Of a stretch of 64,000 nt of DNA, positions 57,986-64,000 are shown one piece after another. The notes under the pieces are model-generated. The model searched no databases, had not been told where the DNA came from, and worked only from the letters and a program-made list of their open reading frames with translations. Every line of letters begins with the position of its first letter. Position 1 is the first letter of the stretch. This DNA is from Histomonas meleagridis 2922-C6/04-290x (Eukaryota > Protista > Parabasalia): contig JAANOX010000017.1 in NCBI GenBank assembly GCA_020184695.1, positions 434,001 to 498,000 on the forward strand. Direction: 5' to 3'. A program made the translations under genes and the position numbers.

Positions 57986-58414
57986 ATGAGGTTGTTCGTC
58001 AAGACAAACGAAGGAAAGCAAATCTCTTTGAATGTTGACTCTTCAAGCACAGTTGAAGAAATCAAGTCAATGATTCAAGCAGATGGCTTCCTCATTTTTG
58101 CTGGCAAAGAATTAGAAGATGGATTCACTCTTCAAGATTACGAAATAGAAGAAGATTCCGTTCTTTATGACATCCCAGAATGCGATGGTGGTAAAAAGAA
58201 GAAGAGGAAGAAGAAGAGCTTCACAACAAAGAAGAGGGTTCCACATACACGCAAGAAGGAAAAGATGAAGCTCCTTAAGTTATTCAAGATTGGAAAGGAT
58301 GGATCTGTTGAACCACAACGCAAAGAATGTGAAAACTGCAAGGGTTGTTTCATGGCCAAACATAAAGATGGACGTCTTTATTGCGGCAATTGCCATCTTA
58401 CAATTACTAAGTAA
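57986..58414 (+). CDS. RPS27A: Ubiquitin-like/40S ribosomal protein eS31 (S27a) fusion
   Basis: LIFAGKELEDGFTLQDYEI...GG followed by KKKKRKKKSFTTKKRVPH...RKECENCKGCFMAKHKDGRLYCGNCHLT. Confidence 0.93.
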   Translation: MRLFVKTNEGKQISLNVDSSSTVEEIKSMIQADGFLIFAGKELEDGFTLQDYEIEEDSVLYDIPECDGGKKKKRKKKSFTTKKRVPHTRKKEKMKLLKLFKIGKDGSVEPQRKECENCKGCFMAKHKDGRLYCGNCHLTITK

Positions 58415-58563
58415 ACATTCACAAAATATTGAAGTTGTTTTGCTTTTTGAAAAAAAAAAATAAATAAATTATTTTTAAAAAAAGAGAATTAGTATTTAGA
58501 TCTCCTTATTTTACTGATCCAATCGAATATAGACCAATAAGAATTTATCATCCATTTACTGCG

Positions 58564-59085
58564 ATGAATAGATACTTTAATAATCTTGAACTTCGTTTAA
58601 ATTCTTTATTTGCTGATGCATTTGATGATGAATTTAATAATATGATTGAACAAGATAAACCTAAAGAAGAAAAAGAAGAAAAACCTGTTAAAAAGAATGA
58701 AAATTATATTCCACAAAAATATTATAGAACTTATTCATCACAAAGTTATTTTAATGGTAATGAAAAATTCGAAGAAATTCGTGAGCAAACTAAAGATGGT
58801 GATAAAACATATATTTCTAAAATTAAAGAATTGGTAATCGTTGAGTTCAAGTTGATGAAGTTGTAGATAAAGAAGGTAAGAAAACAACTAAAGAAACATG
58901 GCATAATGTAGATAAAAATGAAAATTGATGCATTTTAAAATTAAAGGTCTTTAAGACGTGGTATTGAAGCTATTGGTAGTAAAAATGAAGAAAAACCTGC
59001 AATTAAATCAGAAAATACAGAGACAAAGGAAGAAACTAAAGAAGAAACTAAGGAAGAACCTAAAGAAACAAAAGAACAACAATAA
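58564..59085 (+). pseudogene. Glu/Lys-rich hypothetical protein (possibly MLF-like), frame-disrupted
   Basis: Track ORF 58564-58866 continues in another frame as RIGNR*VQVDEVVDKEGKKTTKETWHNVD, ending ...KETKEQQ* at 59085. Could be sequencing error. Confidence 0.55.
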
Positions 59086-59261
59086 AAATATTAAAATAAA
59101 CATGTAAATTAAATTTTTTTTTATTATTTTTTAAATTAAATTATGAAATTAATAAATCATTTCTTAAACATTCTTCTATTCATTTGAAAAAGTAAATTCA
59201 TATTTCTAAACTGTTTATATTTTACTAATATAATTTCTGTAAAAAAAAATTAAAAATATTT

Positions 59262-60476
59262 TCATTGAGGCAATGTATAAGTTAACCAACTTCCTACGAA
59301 TATACCTATGTTCAATCCAAGAGATACACAAAACGACGCCAGTTCGACTTCGTTTTCTTGAAGTGTCTCCAATTTTGCAGTATACGAGATACAAAGCGTC
59401 AAGAAATATCCATTTGTCAAAGCCAACAAAAACGTCACCACGTAAATCCAAATGTCATCTTCCAGTGCCGCTCCTTCGATTGATATTATATATGCGGGAA
59501 AGAAAATCAATCTCACCAAATGCGGTATGAACAAGAACTTTGGCGATGGGAAACATATCCAACGCGGGAGAAGTCTTCCGATGAAGTCGCCAACCATATA
59601 CAACGATGTAACTATCGTCGATACCCAATCGCTTGTAAGCCCGTGCTTACTTTTAGTCTGTGTCGCATATCCAGGGAAAAGAGTCAGCGTAATTGTCATG
59701 CACAAAAATGCTTCGAATGCAAAAATCCACATTTTCTTAAAGATATGCGTGATACGACTCATACGTTGACAAAAATTGGTAGAAATAACAGTGTTACTAT
59801 ACTTCGCTTTGGCAATGGTCGTGTTTTGGAAAAACGCAAAACAAATAAGCGAACAAACAATGATGACAAATGAAATGCCAAAATAAAACCAGCCTTCCCC
59901 GCGGCCCATGGCTTTGGAAATTAATCGAAATATGGACGTTAAAACACCAGACATAGCTAAACCAGTTGATGCAAGCGTTGCGCAATTTCCTCCAAATAAT
60001 CCTGCATAACCCATCGTAGTACCAAAAAGAAATCCGGCAAAAACAGAAGTAACACCTTCAACTACAAGAACAGCGGTGTAGTTAGGATTGGGTAAATTTG
60101 CATAGATAGTGAAAAAAAGCATGCAGATTGCAACTATAGTGGTTGAAACATAATACCGAAGTTTGACACTAAAATTTTCAATAAAGGGAGTGGAAATAAA
60201 GTATGAACATGATGCTGCAATATTGTAAACACGTGCAATGTTCTGTGATACTGAAGATTCATTTGGAAATATTTTCTGGAAATAATCAATTCCGTTTATA
60301 AATGTGTTGTATGCAAATAGGACATTTGTTCCAAATAAGAAAAATAAAAGTTCGACTTTGATTGATGTTTTTGTATCTGTTTCTTCTTCATTTTCATCTT
60401 CATTTTCTTCGTGATTATCTATAATGCTACTTGGAGTGTCATCAGTGCTGGTACTGCTTGATGATTCAGTTGACAT
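59262..60476 (-). CDS. Equilibrative nucleoside transporter
   Basis: About 11 TM; FLFGTNVLFAYNTFI, TGLAMSGVL, ITLTLFPG, GDFIGR, LALTNGY. Confidence 0.93.
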   Translation of the reverse strand: MSTESSSSTSTDDTPSSIIDNHEENEDENEEETDTKTSIKVELLFFLFGTNVLFAYNTFINGIDYFQKIFPNESSVSQNIARVYNIAASCSYFISTPFIENFSVKLRYYVSTTIVAICMLFFTIYANLPNPNYTAVLVVEGVTSVFAGFLFGTTMGYAGLFGGNCATLASTGLAMSGVLTSIFRLISKAMGRGEGWFYFGISFVIIVCSLICFAFFQNTTIAKAKYSNTVISTNFCQRMSRITHIFKKMWIFAFEAFLCMTITLTLFPGYATQTKSKHGLTSDWVSTIVTSLYMVGDFIGRLLPRWICFPSPKFLFIPHLVRLIFFPAYIISIEGAALEDDIWIYVVTFLLALTNGYFLTLCISYTAKLETLQENEVELASFCVSLGLNIGIFVGSWLTYTLPQ

Positions 60477-61010
60477 TTTGATATTTTAAATCTCAGTTGG
60501 TCATTCGAAATTAACGTTTTTCCTTGTCAAAAATTCACTTTTGACTCCATACAACACATAATGCGGCATTTATTAAACTGGAACCAAATTAATGACTTCT
60601 AAAAAGTACTTTATATAATTCATTGGATCCTATTAATTGAAAATAACATTGTTTTATAGTTTTCTTGACATTAGGTGTTATAATGAATGTTTTATGAAAA
60701 TTTTGTTGGATCTAAAAGATTTTAAATTAAAGAATTTTTACAAAAAGATTAATTAAAAAGCATAACAACCAAATGAGTTTTTCATGATTTAGATTTTTTT
60801 ATAAAAATGCATATTCACATCAACTTTCCTCTGTTTATAACTGACACTTTTTGAATAAAGCTACAATTCACACTTAGAAAGCATCAATAGGAATTAAAAA
60901 TAGTGTTCCCATGATGTTAAAATAGGTTCTTCAAAATTAATATAACTAATATTGTATAATAATATTGCACCGCTTGATTCAACCTAAAACAAATAATATT
61001 AATATAAAAA

Positions 61011-61400
61011 TTAAATATAAATAAAAAAAAAATTTATATTTTTATCATTTAACTCAATAATTTCGTATTTGAAAAGTAGTTTGGCTTCTTCAATGAATCC
61101 ATTGTTTAATGCAATAAAAACTGCTATTTCAAATAATTCATTTGAATTACAAGTGTCATTTTGACATATAAAATAATTTAAGTTAATTTTAAATGAAATA
61201 AACAAATACTTTCAGCTTTGAGATCAATTCCTTCTTTTTTAAATAGCAAAATGAAAATTTCTATGTAATTCTTTTTTAATGCATACATAAGTGCTGTGCA
61301 ATATAATTTGAATTAATGTTATTATAAGTAACATAGATATACATTCATGAGTATTGAGACATTTGCATCATTCTCGATATAAACGGTTTCTATGATCTCG
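61011..61400 (-). pseudogene. Ankyrin fragment F carrying a 4x17-nt cluster
   Basis: TALMYALKKNYIEIFILLFKKEGIDLKAES, four exact 17-mers (61207-61131), then EIAVFIALNNGFIEEAKLLF; upstream cluster irregular. Confidence 0.7.
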
Positions 61401-61518
61401 CAACATATTTTGATTCAGAAAAAACCAAGCAAACTTAGTTAAACATGTATTGGCAATTTATATGTAAACTTATCAAATAACTCCTGCATATTGTGAGAAA
61501 TTTAATCGTATTTTACAA

Positions 61519-64000
61519 ATGAAAAAGGAAAACATGAAAAAAGATCTAAATGAAATGAAAATGCTTTTATCAATAAAACAAATTGTATTCAATTTAGATA
61601 AAGAAAACATTAGTCTATCAGCAGAAACAATCATTAATGTTTTTGATAAAAATTTCCCAACATCTTTTAACATAATTATTACGCAAATGATATATGGATT
61701 CCTTGTTGGGAGAATACATGATTATGACATAAATATTTATTTAAATTTTATAAAAGAGATTGAAACATTAGAAGATAACAATAAAATTAAATCAAAAATT
61801 TTTGAAACATTTTCAAGTTTTCTTCTAAATAAAGATTCACAAGAATCATATTATCTTCTTGAGAATATGATTGGATGTAATTTTCTTGATTCAAGTATTG
61901 CACAAAATAAAAAGAATGCTCATTTTGCTCAATATATGGAAGAAAGTGATATTAAAAAATTTTTTTATATTAAGTTTATGAAACAAGTCATCAAAAATAT
62001 TGAAGAACTTAAAAAAGACAATTGGAAATTACATAAGAAGTTAATTAAAGAAGGAGTTAATCCAAATGAAATACCAAAAATAATTCAAAATGATGAAGTT
62101 GATAAACTTCAAGAAATATCATCACAAAATGATTTCGATTTTAATAAATATATTAAACCATCACTTTATGAAAGAAGTGATTTTATTAATCAGAAATATG
62201 TTTCATTAATTGATTATGCAGCATTTTTCGGATCAATTAAATGTTTTAAGTATTTACTTATGAATGGAGCAAATGTAAAAAATACAGGTAAATATGCTGT
62301 TGCAGGTGGAAATTTAGAAATAATTCATTTATGTGAACAAAATCATTCATCATTTGATGATGCATATGAAACAGCAATTATGTTCCATCGAAATGATATC
62401 TTTCATTATCTTTATGAAAAGAAATATAAAAATTTAGAAATATTAGGAATAAAATGCATTATGTATCATAACTATGAAATTTTTATGTTTTTACTTGATG
62501 AAGGAATGAAAATCTATGATTCTTTTATCAATGAAGCAGCAAAAATTGGGAATATATTTCTCATAAAATATTGTCTTCAAAATCATCAAATTCCAAAGGA
62601 TATTTTGGTTTTTTCATCAGAATCAGGAAACATTGAACTTGTTAAATATGTTTTATCTCTAAAAAGTATTAATATTAATACTCTATGCGTTTATTTGCTT
62701 TGTTTAAAATTTGTTTTATTTTTATGGAATTTTAATACAATATTTGGAAATTATTTATTTTATTTTATACAGCACTTATAGCTGCATCTGAAAGAGGTTA
62801 TACTGAAATAACAAAATTACTTCTTGAACAAGAAGGTATTGATGTTAATGTTAAAAATCTTTTTAATTTTAATTATTTTATATTTCAAAATAATAATTGG
62901 AAATTATTCATTTTATTTAATACAGCACTTATGCGTGCATCTCTATTTGGTTATATAGATATTGTTAAATTACTTCTTGAAAATAAACAAATTGAAATAG
63001 ATGCTAAAAATTTTTATTTACTTTTTTTAATATATATTAATATGTTTTAATGTGTAATACTAAGTTTTATGGATCATTTATAATATTTGATACTCCACTT
63101 ATTTTCGCATCTTTAAGTGGCAATACAGAAATCGTTAAATTACTTCTTGAACAAAAAGGAATTGATATTAATGCTAAAAATATTTGTTTATTTTATTTAA
63201 ACTTTCTTTTAATATCTTGATGCTTTACTACAATATTTGGAAATTATTAAAAATATTTAATACAGCATTTCTTTGGGCATGTTTAAATGGTCACACAGAA
63301 ACAGTAAAATTCCTTCTTGAACAAAAAGGAATTGATATTAATGCTAAAAATATTTGTTTATTTTGTTTAAACTTTCTTTTAATTTCTTGATGCTTTATTA
63401 CAATATTTGGAAATTATTAAAAATATTTAATAAGGCATTTCTTTGGGCATGTTTAAATGGCCATATAGATACAGTAAAATTGCTTCTTGAGCAAGAAGGA
63501 ATTGATGTTAAAGATGATATTTATTTATTGAAATTCTTTTAAGTGTTTTGATATTACATAAAATTATTTGGAAATTATATAAAATATTATGGGCTGCACT
63601 TTTACTTGCATCTAAAAATGGTTACTTAGAAATAGTTAAATTACTCATAGAACAAAAAGGAATTGATGTAAATACAAAAGATGTTTATCCATTTTACATC
63701 AGGTTCATATCAATGATTTGAAAAATCAAAATAATATTTGGAAATTATTTGTATTATTTAATACAGCTTTAATGTTGACATGTTTAAGTGGTTATACAGA
63801 GATAGTTAAATTTCTTCTTATGCAAAAAGGAATTGATATTAATGTTCAAGATATTTATTTGTTTAATTTGATATTACTTTTGGTTATTTTTTGTTGGAAA
63901 ATATTATTTGGAATTTGTTCTCAATATTTTATACACCTCTTATGGTTGTTACATTAGATAATCATATTGATATTGTTAAATTACTTCTTGAACAAGAAAG
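61519..64000 (+). CDS. DUF3447-ankyrin gene E with at least 8 interrupted loops; runs off the window
   Basis: Track ORF 61519-62781; clusters from 62689 to 63929 decode to canonical ankyrin loops and keep the frame open to the edge. Confidence 0.85.
62689..63929 (+). other. Clusters of 17-nt intervening sequences and single-codon micro-exons (gene E)
   Basis: 31 spacers by hand count in 8 loops; same position-specific consensus as gene D. Confidence 0.9.

Noticed and set aside
1-64000. A diversity-generating retroelement or locally encoded processing enzyme
   Set aside because: No reverse transcriptase, nuclease, ligase or transposase ORF recognised; no template/variable repeat pair differing only at adenines. 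SF3B2 nearby is probably coincidental.
1-64000. tRNA or rRNA genes
   Set aside because: No cloverleaf or rRNA-like sequence seen by eye; a tRNAscan-SE/Infernal run would be needed to exclude them.

Overview
AT-rich eukaryotic DNA, most likely from a parabasalid (trichomonad-type). This is inferred from DUF3447-ankyrin and BspA-like families, nearly intron-free compact genes, and one GTATGT...ACTAACACATAG intron. Ordinary genes include a DOCK GEF, RPLP0, a DHHC-family acyltransferase, APC11, SF3B2, Myb, TKL and AGC kinases, two acid phosphatases, AMMECR1, a Rho-like GTPase, SGT, a SUN-like protein, Ub-eS31 and an ENT transporter. There is also an inverted segmental duplication around the DOCK gene. 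The main observation: in five DUF3447-ankyrin genes and one fragment, every ankyrin beta-hairpin loop is written as single codons separated by AT-rich spacers of almost invariant 17 nt that lack GT-AG ends (codon-[17]-codon-[17]-codon-[17]-codon-[17]-codon). Removing the spacers by hand restores canonical loops (KD-KDG-R-TPL, KD-NYG-E-TAL, KD-NIG-W-TAL) and a continuous 14-repeat reading frame. I counted about 160 spacers. In two of these genes the 20-nt module is expanded into arrays of up to 11 alternative codons per loop. This points to an unexplained RNA-processing, translational-bypass or DNA-level decoding system. No data here show which, and I cannot check whether it has been published.
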